Positions 14,477 through 23,359 are shown, counted from the first letter of the stretch. The stretch is DNA of 64,000 nucleotides from Kofleriaceae bacterium (GCA_020633495.1 JACKDR010000001.1:310105-374104); one strand, 5' to 3'. Notes: generated by a model not told the origin, from the letters alone. Made by a program: numbers and translations.

Positions 14477-15709
14477 GTGGCCGAGACGCGCCAGACGCCG
14501 GGTCGCCCGTGGAGGGTGCGGCTGGGCAACCCGCTGTCGTGGTCGCTCGCCGACCGGTGCCTGACCGCGTCCATCATCGTGACCGTGGCGTCGGCGATCT
14601 TCGTCGCGTCGCTGTACCTCGGCGACGGCTGGCCGTTCGTCGCCTTCGACCTCGAGCACGCGCCGCTGGTGCCGGTGGTGTCGCTGGTGCACCTGACCCC
14701 GTGGCTGGTGCTGCTCGGGCTGTCGCTGCGGGCGCGGCGCCGGACCCGCGGCCGGCCCGGCGAGCCCGCGCGCGGCGCCGGCCTGGCGGTCGCGACCGTG
14801 CTGCTGTTCGCCGAGACCCTGGCGCTGTTCACGCTGGTCACCGGGCCGTTCGCCAGCCCGGGGTGGATCGGCTTCCTGGGCGGCGCGGTCGTCGGCTACC
14901 TGATGTTCGACCGCCGGCTCGCGCGCGCCGGCGTCGTGCTGTACGTCAGCCTGGTCACCGTCGGCGCGCTGCTCGAGAAGGCGCGGCCGTGGCGGTGGAT
15001 CGACGACGTCCTGCCCGGGCACGACTACCCGCGGTGGTCGACGTCGGCGATCGTCGGCCACGCGATCGCCTCGACCGCTCTGCTGGCGCTGGTGCTGACG
15101 CTGATCGCGTTCGTGATCGACCGCTGGCGCGATCGCGAGGCTCGCTACCAGCACCTGGCCCGCACCGACCACCTTACCGCGCTGACCAACCGGCGCACGT
15201 TCCTCGAGCTCGCCGGCCGCGAGCTGGCGCGGGCCCGCCGCTACGACGAGGCGATCGCGATCGTGATCGTCGACCTCGATCACTTCAAGCGCGTCAACGA
15301 CCAGCACGGCCACCTGGTCGGCGACCGGGTGCTGGCTCGCGCCGCCGAGATCTTCGCCGCCACGGTCCGCGACGTCGACGTCGTCGCCCGCTACGGCGGC
15401 GAGGAGTTCGGCATCCTGCTGCCTGCGACCGACGCCGCCGGCGCCCACGAGGTCGCCGAGCGCTGCCGGCGGCGCCTCGCCACCACCGCGATCGAGCTCG
15501 ACACCGGCGGCGCGCCGGTCCACATCACCGCCAGCCTGGGCGTCGCCTCGGCCCGGGGCGCCAGCGCCCAGCTCGAGGATCTGCTGCGCCGCGCCGACCA
15601 GGCTCTGTACCGGGCCAAGGCGGCGGGCCGCGACTGCACCGCGGTCGACGGCGACCAGCCCGGCGCCGGCGCCGACGACGCCGCCGCCGCCGCGCCGGCG
15701 ACGACCTGA
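14477..15709 (+). CDS. Membrane-anchored diguanylate cyclase (5-6 TM helices plus a GGDEF domain)
   Basis: GTG 14477. N-terminal hydrophobic helices, then RTDHLTALTNRRTFLE...VDLDHFKRVNDQHGHLVGD...RYGGEEFGILLP (GGEEF active site). Confidence 0.85.
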   Translation: MAETRQTPGRPWRVRLGNPLSWSLADRCLTASIIVTVASAIFVASLYLGDGWPFVAFDLEHAPLVPVVSLVHLTPWLVLLGLSLRARRRTRGRPGEPARGAGLAVATVLLFAETLALFTLVTGPFASPGWIGFLGGAVVGYLMFDRRLARAGVVLYVSLVTVGALLEKARPWRWIDDVLPGHDYPRWSTSAIVGHAIASTALLALVLTLIAFVIDRWRDREARYQHLARTDHLTALTNRRTFLELAGRELARARRYDEAIAIVIVDLDHFKRVNDQHGHLVGDRVLARAAEIFAATVRDVDVVARYGGEEFGILLPATDAAGAHEVAERCRRRLATTAIELDTGGAPVHITASLGVASARGASAQLEDLLRRADQALYRAKAAGRDCTAVDGDQPGAGADDAAAAAPATT

Positions 15710-15728
15710 GAGGTTGTGATCTTTTCGG

Positions 15729-15754
15729 GCGGTCCGGATCGACATCCGGACCGC
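15729..15754. other. Perfect hairpin GCGGTCCGGAT-CGAC-ATCCGGACCGC (11-bp stem, 4-nt loop) between the diguanylate cyclase stop and the IS element
   Basis: Read directly from the sequence. It is preceded (not followed) by a T-run on the plus strand, so it is not a canonical intrinsic terminator for the plus-strand gene. It may be the IS target or end structure. Confidence 0.6.
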
Positions 15755-17110
15755 CGGTTGATCTGCTCTCGGCATGAGCCAGCGTGATCTGTTCGACCAG
15801 GACGGCGGAACCTCGAACCCTGCCGGGGTAGAGCGTCGGCGCGGAAAGCCGCGGCTACGGACCGTGTTGCGTGAGCAGCTGGGCCTGGAGGTGGTCGACC
15901 TCGACACGCTGATCCCGGAGGACCATCCGGCCCGGACGCTGTGGGCGGCGGTGGAGCAGCTGGACCTGACGCTGTTCTACGAGCCGATCGAGGCCCGTGA
16001 AGGGGTCGCCGGGCGGTCGGCGACGGACCCGAAGATGCTGGTGTGCCTGTGGCTGTACGCCACCGCGGACGGGGTGGCGTCGGCGCGGGAGCTCGACGAG
16101 CTGTGCGTGCGGCACGCCGCGTACAAGTGGATCTGCGGCGGCGTGAGCGTGAACCACAACTTGCTGGCGAGGTTCCGAGTGGGGCACGAGCGAGCGCTGG
16201 ACGAGTTGCTCACGGAGGTGCTCGGCAAGCTGATGGCGGCGGGGCTGGTGACGCTGCGCCGCGTGGCGCACGACGGGATGCGCGTGCGGGCGTCTGCCGG
16301 GGCGGCGTCGTTCCGGCGGAAGCTTCGGTTGAAGGACTACGTCAAGGCGGCGCGCAAGCATCTCGCGGCGCTCAAGGCGGAGGCCGCGGCTCCCGGGCAT
16401 CGCGATCGCCACGAGGCGGCGCAGCTGCGCGGCGCCGAGGACCGTCGACGGCGCGTCGAAGAGGCGCTGGCGAAGATGCCCGAGGCGGAAGCGATCAAGC
16501 GTCGACAGAACGACCCGAAGGACCGCAAGAAGGAGCCGCGCGTGTCGACGACGGACCCGCAGGCGCGGGTGATGAAGATGGGAGATGGCGGGTTTCGGCC
16601 CGCGTACAATCTGCAGATCTCGACCGACGTCGATAGCCGACTCATCGTCGGCGTGGGCGTGAGTACGGCGGGCAGCGACGCGCGCCTGGCGCGACCGGCC
16701 TCGACGACATCGAGCGCCGCACCGGCGACCTGCCCGAGGAGCTGTTGATCGACGGCGGCTTCGTGTCGATCGAGCAGATCGACGCCGCCGAGGGCCGCGG
16801 CGCGTGACCGTGTTCGCACCGGTACCCACACCGCGCAAATCGACCGCGGATCCGCACGCGCGCAAGAAAGAGGACACCGACCGGACGGCCGCGTGGCGAG
16901 CGCGGATGGAAACCGACGAGGCCAAGGAGATCTACAAGCAGCGCGCAGCGACCGCGGAGACCACGAACGCTGACCTCCGCTGCCGCCGCGGGCTGGACCG
17001 ACTGCTGGTTCGCGGGCCCCACAAGGTCACCAGCGTCCTGCTGTGGGGCGCCCTCGCCTACAACCTGCTCCGGGTGCCGCTGGCCACTCTGCTCGGGTAG
17101 TCACCACCCC
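15755..17110 (+). mobile_element. IS5/IS1182-family insertion sequence with a degraded transposase; boundaries approximate
   Basis: One transposase reading frame is split over three frames (see the pseudogene entry). The element is flanked on the left by an 11-bp-stem hairpin (15729-15754) and on the right by the 107-bp tandem-repeat array. I could not identify terminal inverted repeats confidently by eye. Confidence 0.55.
15774..17100 (+). pseudogene. IS5/IS1182-family DDE transposase disrupted by two frameshifts (15774-about 16690 frame A; about 16690-16806 frame B; 16804-17100 frame C)
   Basis: Frame A: MSQRDLFDQDGG...DPKMLVCLWLYATADGVASARELDELC...ARVMKMGDGGFRPAYNLQISTDVDSRLIVGVGVSTAGSD (the N-terminal transposase domain and start of the DDE region). 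Frame B (own translation): ...GLDDIERRTGDLPEELLIDGGFVSIEQIDAAEGRGA*. Frame C: MTVFAPVPTPRKSTADPHARKKEDTDRTAAWRARMETDEAKEIYKQRAATAETTNADLRCRRGLDRLLVRGPHKVTSVLLWGALAYNLLR, the typical IS5/IS1182 C-terminus. The combined length of about 440 aa fits an intact transposase of this family. Confidence 0.7.
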
Positions 17111-17198
17111 TCGTGGGCACCGTGGCGGCGAAGCGCCGCCGGCGGACCACCGGTCGCGCGCTCGCCCGTGCCATCCGATCGATAGGATTACAGGCTCT

Positions 17199-17661
17199 GA
17201 GCCGAGCGTCTGCGCGAGGCGGTCTCGGTGCAGGCGCCGCGAGCCCGTCTGCGGGCGAGCGCGCCGATCGACAGCGCGTGTGACGATGGAATCCTCACAC
17301 GCGCTGAGCCGAGCGTCTGCGCGAGGCGGTCTCGGTGCAGGCGCCGCGAGCCCGTCTGCGGGCGCGCGCGCCGATCGACAGAGGCGCGTCTGCGCGAGGC
17401 GGTCTCGGTGCAGGCGCCGCGAGCCCGTCTGCGGGCGAGCGCGCCGATCGACAGCGCGTGTGACGATGGAATCCTCACACGCGCTGCGCCGAGCGTCTGC
17501 GCGAGGCGATCTCGGCGCAGGCGCCGCGAGCCCGTCTGCGGGCGAGCGCGCCGATCGACAGCGCGTGTGAGGATGGAATCCTCACACGCGCTGCGCCGAG
17601 CGTCTGCGCGAGGCGGTCTCGGTGCAGGCGCCGCGAGCCCGTCTGCGGGCGAGCGCGCCGA
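17199..17661. repeat. Tandem array of a 107-bp unit (about 4.3 copies: copy 1 17199-17305, truncated copy 2 17306-17381, copy 3 about 17382-17485, copy 4 17486-about 17592, partial copy 5 to 17661); each full unit contains the hairpin GCGTGTGA-(C/G)GATGGAATCC-TCACACGC
   Basis: Copies are about 95% identical by direct comparison. Unit: GAGCCGAGCGTCTGCGCGAGGCGGTCTCGGTGCAGGCGCCGCGAGCCCGTCTGCGGGCGAGCGCGCCGATCGACAGCGCGTGTGACGATGGAATCCTCACACGCGCT. There are no unique spacers. ORFs across the array in either direction are low-complexity. Confidence 0.9.
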
Positions 17662-17662
17662 C

Positions 17663-17707
17663 GTGGTGGACGTGGTGGACGTGGTGGACGTGGTGGACGT
17701 GCTGGAC
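17663..17707. repeat. 9-bp microsatellite (GTGGTGGAC)x4 plus one degenerate unit, immediately 3' of the 107-bp array
   Basis: Read directly: gtggtggacgtggtggacgtggtggacgtggtggacgtgctggac. Confidence 0.9.
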
Positions 17708-18328
17708 GGACGTCGCGTCGGTGCTGGCTCCCGGAGGCCCGGAGAGGGCGGCGGGGATGGTCGGGGTGGTGCGCGGCGCGGCCGGCTGGCCGGCCGGCGC
17801 GGTTGGACGGGGACGCGGGGACGGGGGGGCCGCGGGGCCGTGGGGTGCGGCGCGGTCGGGGCGTGGCTGCGCGGGCTGAGGCTCCGGCCCAGCTGGTCGC
17901 TGGCTCCCCGATGAGCGTGGTGCTGGCGCCGGCGTGGGTGCAGCACACCACCACCGGCGCCGGGCCCGAAGACGGGGGCCCGGCGCCTCGGCGCGGGGCG
18001 CGAGCGTTGCGGGCGCGCGCCGGGCATCGGGATCGCGACGGCCGTGCGAGCCGTGATCGACGCTGTCCGGCAACCGGACAAGAAAGACACGACCCGGGAC
18101 GATCGCGGTCGATTGTCCTTGACGGCGTTCGCGGCCGACGACGACACGCCGACGCGATGCCGCGGCCGATCGTCGACGAGACGCGCAGCGGGGCCCGCTG
18201 CGCCGCGAAGCGGACCGCGACGACGACGCAGAGGGTCGAGAGCGGTCTCGGGGCGCCACGGCGACGACAGGAGGTCCGAGATCGTCGTGGTAGAGAAGGA
18301 ATGCGCGCGTGCGCAGGGAGGAGTGGAG

Positions 18329-19546
18329 ATGTTCGATCGCGAGGACGACGAGGGTGTGGTGTCCAGTGGGCTCGACGGTGCCGGTCTCGGAGACCGAGAC
18401 GCAGCCCCCGACTGGCGCCAGCTCGATCGCCAGCTGCGCGGCGTCGCCCGACGGCGCGCCGCGCTCGACGCCGAGGAGGCGCGCTGGCTGGTGCTGGCGC
18501 AGCAGGTCGAGCTGCACCGCCGGTTCGGCTACGCCAGCCTGCACGAGTACCTCGAGCGCACGCTGGGCTACGGGCCGCGGGCGGCGCGCGAGCGGCTGCG
18601 CGTGGCCAGCGCGCTGCAGGTCCTGCCGCGGACCGCGGCGGCGCTGGCCCGCGGCGAGCAGTCGTACTCGGCGGTGCGCGAGCTGACGCGGGTCGTTCGC
18701 GAGGACACCGAGCGGGTGTGGCTCGACGCGGCGGCCGGCAAGACGGTGCACGAGATCGAGACCCTGGTCGCGGGCCGCAAGCCGGGTGACCTGCCCGGTG
18801 ATCGGGTGGATCCGGCCGAGGTCCGGCGCGTGGTGTCGCTGGAGGTCAGCGCCGAGACGTACGCGCTGTGGCGCGACGCGAGGCTGGCGCTGGAGCTCGA
18901 GCGCGGCGAGGCCGTGCCCGACGACGAGCTGCTGCGGGTGCTGTGCCTCGGCATGCTCGCCGGCGCGCCGGGCCCATCGAGCGGAGCCGGCAAGCGCGGG
19001 CGCGCGGCGTACCAGATCGCCTTGATGCAGTGCCCCGACTGCGAGCGCGTGACCCAGGACGGCGGCGGCCGCGCCGTCGAGGTGCCGGCGACCGTCGTCG
19101 AGCGCGCGCGCTGCGACGCGCGCGTGCTCGGCCGGGTCGATCGCGACGTTCACCTGGGCGCGACGCCGACCCAGACCATCCCGGCGCCGGTGCGCGCGGC
19201 GGTGGTCGCGCGTGACCACGGCCGCTGCCGGGTGCCGGGCTGCCGGGCGTCGCGATGGGTCGAGGTCCACCACGTGCAGCCGCGGGCGCAGGGCGGTCGG
19301 CACACGCTGGCGAACCTGATCTCGCTGTGCGGCGGCCACCACGATGCGGTCCATGTGGGCCGCTTGAGAATCGCGCGATCGGCGTCGGGGGAGGTCGTCT
19401 TCGCGCACGCCGATGGCACACCGTACGGCGCGTCGCCGGGGACCAGGGACGAACCGCCGACGGCCGTGGCCCGTGGGGGCCGCGCCGACGCGGCCCCCAT
19501 GACCGGTCGCTGGCGCCGCGGATCGACCGATCGATGCGGCCGGTGA
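18329..19546 (+). CDS. HNH endonuclease with an N-terminal DUF222-like domain (REP13E12-type selfish-element protein)
   Basis: ATG 18329 with a GGAGG RBS (about 18318-18322). N-terminal domain: ...LDAEEARWLVLAQQVELHRRFGYASLHEYLERTLGYGPRAARERLRVASALQVLPRT. C-terminal HNH: CRVPGCRASRWVEVHHVQPRAQGGRHTLANLISLCGGHHDAVH. The 5' part of the supplied ORF (18044-18328) is lower GC and is probably leader sequence, not coding. Confidence 0.8.
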   Translation: MFDREDDEGVVSSGLDGAGLGDRDAAPDWRQLDRQLRGVARRRAALDAEEARWLVLAQQVELHRRFGYASLHEYLERTLGYGPRAARERLRVASALQVLPRTAAALARGEQSYSAVRELTRVVREDTERVWLDAAAGKTVHEIETLVAGRKPGDLPGDRVDPAEVRRVVSLEVSAETYALWRDARLALELERGEAVPDDELLRVLCLGMLAGAPGPSSGAGKRGRAAYQIALMQCPDCERVTQDGGGRAVEVPATVVERARCDARVLGRVDRDVHLGATPTQTIPAPVRAAVVARDHGRCRVPGCRASRWVEVHHVQPRAQGGRHTLANLISLCGGHHDAVHVGRLRIARSASGEVVFAHADGTPYGASPGTRDEPPTAVARGGRADAAPMTGRWRRGSTDRCGR

Positions 19547-19714
19547 CGCGACGATGAGCGGGCGCCGCGCGGTCGACGCGCGCGACAACGATCTTGACAC
19601 CCCACGGAGGATGAAGTCCTCGCACGCCCTGAGCGGATCGTCCGAGATGGCGTCCTGTCGACAAGCTCGCGAAGAACCCCATGCGGACACCGCCTTCGCG
19701 CTACTATCGACGCG

Positions 19715-20506
19715 ATGGGGTCACCCGAGGAGCCGCCGCTCACGTCCCAGCAGGCCGAGTCGTTTCTGTCCACGCTCCGCCGCTCGGTCGAGGTCGTGCA
19801 GGAGCTGCTCCAGGCCACCGCCCACCAGGACGAGCGCATCCGCTCGCTCGACGCCGAGCTCGACAGCGCGCGGGCGCGGATCGCCTTCCTCGAGCGCGAG
19901 ACCACGCAGCTGCGCGAGCGGCTGTCGACCGGCATCGCGCCGATCTCGATGCAGCAGATCGAGGATCTGATCGAGGAGCAGAACGCCTTCGCCCACATGT
20001 TCGTGACCAGCGACCGCCTGGCCCGCGCGCGCAGCCCTGGCGAGGCCCTGCAGATCGCGGTCGAGGTCATGCACAACCTGGTCGGCGCCCATCGCTTCGG
20101 CATCTGGCTGCGCTGGGACGACGTCGCGCCGCAGATGGTGGCGCCGCCCGACCCGCGCTACCAGATCGAGCCGGGTCGGCACCGCGCCCTGCTCGAGCGC
20201 GCCCTGGCGACCGGTGAGATCTCGCGCGACGACGGCGCCGACGACGACGCCGTCCCGGTGGCGCTGCCGCTGGTCCTCGACGGCGCCGCGGTGGGCGCGC
20301 TGGTCATCGACGGCCTGGTGCCGCAGGTCGGCACCCGCATGGGTCGGCTGCAGGACGACCTGTCGCGGTTCCTGATCGATCGCCTGCCCCTGACCCTGTG
20401 CGCCGCCGCGCAGCACGTCGCCCGCGGCGGCGATCGCGCGGCCTGGGACCTGGTGCGCGTCCACGTCGCGCCGGTGCCCGCCCCCGCCGCGGAGAAGACG
20501 CCATGA
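19715..20506 (+). CDS. Coiled-coil plus GAF-domain protein
   Basis: ATG 19715. N-terminal heptad-like region (RIRSLDAELDSARARIAFLERETTQLRERL) then a GAF-like region (ALQIAVEVMHNLVGAHRFGIWLRWDD...ALPLVLDGAAVGALVIDGL). Its stop overlaps the response-regulator start (ATGA at 20503-20506). Confidence 0.7.
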   Translation: MGSPEEPPLTSQQAESFLSTLRRSVEVVQELLQATAHQDERIRSLDAELDSARARIAFLERETTQLRERLSTGIAPISMQQIEDLIEEQNAFAHMFVTSDRLARARSPGEALQIAVEVMHNLVGAHRFGIWLRWDDVAPQMVAPPDPRYQIEPGRHRALLERALATGEISRDDGADDDAVPVALPLVLDGAAVGALVIDGLVPQVGTRMGRLQDDLSRFLIDRLPLTLCAAAQHVARGGDRAAWDLVRVHVAPVPAPAAEKTP

Positions 20507-20889
20507 CCGCGACCCGACGAGCGCTGGTGATCGAGGACTCCCCGACGATGCGCCAGCTGATCACGCTGGCGCTGCGCCGTATCCCGGGGCTGTCGTTCGT
20601 CGAGGCCGCCGACGGCGCCCAGGCGCTCGAGCACCTCGAGCACGACCGCTTCGACGTCGTCCTGCTCGATCTCAACATGCCGGTGATGAACGGCTTCGCG
20701 TTCCTCGAGGCGATGGTCGCCGCGCACCCGCCCGAGGCGCGGCCGCCGGTGATCGTCGTGTCGACCGAGAGCGGCCGCGGCGACGTCCAGCGCGCCACCG
20801 CGCTCGGCGTCGTCGAGTACGTGACCAAGCCGGTCCGGGGTCCGGACCTCGCCGCCGCGGTCAACCGGGTGCTGGCCGCGCGGGCTTGA
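20503..20889 (+). CDS. Single-domain CheY-like response regulator
   Basis: ATG 20503. ALVIEDSPTMRQL...DVVLLDLNMPVMNGFAFLEAM...PVIVVSTE...YVTKP, with the canonical receiver residues D-D...D...T...K. Confidence 0.85.
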   Translation: MTATRRALVIEDSPTMRQLITLALRRIPGLSFVEAADGAQALEHLEHDRFDVVLLDLNMPVMNGFAFLEAMVAAHPPEARPPVIVVSTESGRGDVQRATALGVVEYVTKPVRGPDLAAAVNRVLAARA

Positions 20890-22408
20890 CCACGCCCAGC
20901 GGCACGGCCAGCTCGAAGACGACGCCCTGCCCGGGCGTCGACCGGACCTCGAGGCGGCCGCCCAGGGCCTCGATGTCGGCGCGGGCCGCGGCGTTGCCGT
21001 AGCCGCGGCCCGCGTCCATCGTGACGCCGGCGGCGGTCGACAGCCCGGGGTGGAAGATCAGCTGGTCGAGCGCGGCCGGGGTCGCGGCGGCGGCGGCGGG
21101 GAGGACACCGAGCTCGACCGCGCGCGCCGCCAGCGCGGCGTGGTCGAGGCCGCGGCCGTCGTCCTCGAGGCGGACCCGCAGCTCGCCGCCGTCCTCGCGG
21201 GCCTCGAGCCGGATCGTCCCGGCGGCGGGCTTGCCGGCGGCGATCCGCGCCGCCGCCGGCTCGAGCCCGTGCACGACCGCGTTGCGGACCAGGTGGGGCA
21301 GCGCCTGGGCCAGCGCGGCGTGGACGCTGGGCGGCACCGCGATCGCGCCGCCGACGTGCTCGACGTCGGGGACCTCGCGCGCCGCGGCCTCGGCGGCGGT
21401 CCTCGCGGTGACCCGCAGGTACTCGAAGAGCTGGCCCAGCGGGACCCGGCCCAGCGGATCGATCGCCGCGAGGGCGTCGCGGACGTGGCGCCGCGCCGGG
21501 TGATCGGGCGCCAGCTCGGCGAGCGCGTCCTCGAGCCGTCCCGCCGCGTCGGCGATCGTCGTGGTCAGCTCGAGGCCGCCGCCGCCGTCGCCGACCTCGG
21601 TGAGCCGGCCGCGCAGGACCACCGCGCGCTCGACCGCGCGGCGGAGATCCTCGACCGCGCCGTCGGCGTCGACCCGGTCGGCGAAGCGCCCGGCGGCGCG
21701 GGCCCGGCCCAGCAGCTCCTCGACCGCGTGGGCGCGCCCCGCGATCGAGTTGAGGCCGAGGCCGCGGGCGTTGCCCTTGAGGGTGTGGGTGGCGCGCATG
21801 CCGACGTCGGCGGCGGCGGCGCTGAGGGTGTCGCCGCCGACCAGGGCCGCGACCTCGGCCACCGCCTCGCGCGCCTCGGCCACGAACGACGCGAAGATCG
21901 CGGGCGCGATCGCCAGCAGCTCGTCGAACTGGGCGAGGTCGTCCTCGTGCTCGCGCAGGACCTCGGCGATGCGCCGGCGCAGCCCCTGGTTGGCGGCCTC
22001 GAGCTGGGCCAGCGCGTCCTTGTAGCGCGCGTGCATCCCGACCTCGGCCGAGACGTCGAACAGCGACACCAGCACGCCGACCCGGCCGTCGGCCTGGGTC
22101 ACCGCGGTGGAGCGCGCCGCGACCAGCAGCTCGTCGCCGTCGTCGGCGCCGGGCGCGCGCAGCTCGCGCCAGCGCCCGCCCGGAGACCGCCCGGCGATGA
22201 CGTCGTCGACCAGCGCCGGCCAGGCGTCACCGAGCACCTCCGCGACCCGCGCGATGCGGGCCCGCCGGCCCAGCATCCGGCGCGCGATGTAGGAGAGGTG
22301 CACCAGACTCCCGGCCGGGTCGATCAGAACGAACCCGAGCTGGAGCTGGTCGAGGAAGGGGAGCACCCCGAGGGTGTGCTCCCAGCTGATCGCGTCGTCG
22401 CGCGACAT
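20861..22408 (-). CDS. CheA-like histidine kinase lacking a CheW-like P5 domain (N-terminal PAS-like region, Hpt, HATPase_c)
   Basis: Hpt motif MRATHTLKGNARGLGL. Kinase core HLVRNAVVHGLE...DDGRGLD...GRGYG...GQGVVFEL. Start ATG 22408 (MSRDDAISWEHTL); an alternative upstream ATG exists at 22450. The 3' end overlaps the convergent response-regulator gene by about 29 bp. Confidence 0.75.
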   Translation of the reverse strand: MSRDDAISWEHTLGVLPFLDQLQLGFVLIDPAGSLVHLSYIARRMLGRRARIARVAEVLGDAWPALVDDVIAGRSPGGRWRELRAPGADDGDELLVAARSTAVTQADGRVGVLVSLFDVSAEVGMHARYKDALAQLEAANQGLRRRIAEVLREHEDDLAQFDELLAIAPAIFASFVAEAREAVAEVAALVGGDTLSAAAADVGMRATHTLKGNARGLGLNSIAGRAHAVEELLGRARAAGRFADRVDADGAVEDLRRAVERAVVLRGRLTEVGDGGGGLELTTTIADAAGRLEDALAELAPDHPARRHVRDALAAIDPLGRVPLGQLFEYLRVTARTAAEAAAREVPDVEHVGGAIAVPPSVHAALAQALPHLVRNAVVHGLEPAAARIAAGKPAAGTIRLEAREDGGELRVRLEDDGRGLDHAALAARAVELGVLPAAAAATPAALDQLIFHPGLSTAAGVTMDAGRGYGNAAARADIEALGGRLEVRSTPGQGVVFELAVPLGVVKPARPAPG

Positions 22409-22432
22409 GGACCCCGACGGTTTGTCTGGGCG

Positions 22433-23359
22433 ATGGTACCATGGCGTCACCTCGCAAGGGGGAGCTCAAGGGTGCCGGTCCAGCACGTCCTCGTCTGTCA
22501 GGAGCATCGCATCCCCCTTCCCGAGGGGGTCACCGTCGTCGGGCGTGCGATCGGCTGTGGCATCCGCTTCAACACCGCGACGGTGTCGCGCCAGCACCTG
22601 ATCCTCACCGTGCGCGGCGACCGCCTCACCGCGGAGAGCCTGAGCACGACCACCGGCACGCTGATCAACGGGCGCCGCATGAGCGAGCCCGCGGAGCTCC
22701 GCCACGGCGATCGGATCAGCGTCGGACCGCATCTGCTGGTGATCGACGTCGTCGAGGGCGCGGTCGCCGGGCGCCTGGCGGCGCGCCGCGCGACGTCGTC
22801 GCCGGACGCCGACGACTACGACGAGGACACGATCGCCGGCGAGCCGGCCGAGGTCCTGTCGCTGGACGAGCTCGCCGATCAGCTGCCGCCGACCAAGGCG
22901 ATCCGCACTCACACCTGCCCGAGCTGTCGGGCCCGCGTCGCCTTCACCGAGGCGGTGTGCCGGTCGTGCGGCCACGCCTGGGGCGCCACCGACCCCAGCG
23001 CGATCACCGGCCGGATCACGATGCGCCACATCGTCAACGACGTCCGCCAGGCCACCGAGCCGGCCGCCGCGGTGCCGGTCATCTACGCCAGCGACGAGAT
23101 GACGATCGACGTCACCGTGTCGGAGATGGATCAGGACGGCCTGTTCGTGCCGACCGAGCTGCTCGATCCGGTGGGCACGACCTGCGAGCTGACGGTGCTC
23201 CCCGACGGCCACCCGGCGGTGACGTTCCACGGCCAGGTGCGGCGGGTCCGCGCCAGCGCCGACACCCACGGCCCCGCCGGCCTGTTCATCCACTTCACCG
23301 AGGTCTCCGAGGACGCCGGGCTGTGGCTGGTGCGGCGCCTGCGCCAGCTCGACCGCTGA
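22433..23359 (+). CDS. FHA-domain protein with a C-terminal PilZ-like domain
   Basis: FHA: VQHVLVCQEHRIPLPEGVTVVGRAIGCGIRFNTATVSRQHLILTVRGDRLTAESLSTTTGTLINGRRMSEPAELRHGDRISVGPHLLV. C-terminus: RHIVNDVRQATE...DEMTIDVTVSEMDQDGLFVPT...GLFIHFTE (PilZ-like). The start is either ATG 22433 or GTG 22472 (MPVQHVLV). Confidence 0.75.
   Translation: MVPWRHLARGSSRVPVQHVLVCQEHRIPLPEGVTVVGRAIGCGIRFNTATVSRQHLILTVRGDRLTAESLSTTTGTLINGRRMSEPAELRHGDRISVGPHLLVIDVVEGAVAGRLAARRATSSPDADDYDEDTIAGEPAEVLSLDELADQLPPTKAIRTHTCPSCRARVAFTEAVCRSCGHAWGATDPSAITGRITMRHIVNDVRQATEPAAAVPVIYASDEMTIDVTVSEMDQDGLFVPTELLDPVGTTCELTVLPDGHPAVTFHGQVRRVRASADTHGPAGLFIHFTEVSEDAGLWLVRRLRQLDR

Noticed and set aside
15729-15754. The hairpin after the diguanylate cyclase gene considered as a rho-independent terminator
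   Set aside because: The T-run precedes rather than follows the stem on the coding strand, so it does not fit the canonical terminator architecture. It is kept as an unexplained structural element at the IS boundary.
17199-17661. The 107-bp repeat array considered as a possible CRISPR array
   Set aside because: Whole units are tandemly duplicated with about 95% identity and there are no unique spacers. The unit is far longer than CRISPR repeats, and there is no cas gene nearby. It is classified as a minisatellite or REP-like tandem repeat instead.
19600-19700. TTGACA at 19604 and TACTAT at 19692 considered as a sigma-70-type promoter for the GAF gene
   Set aside because: The spacing between the two hexamers (about 82 bp) is incompatible with a single promoter. 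Individually they are not distinguishable from chance matches.
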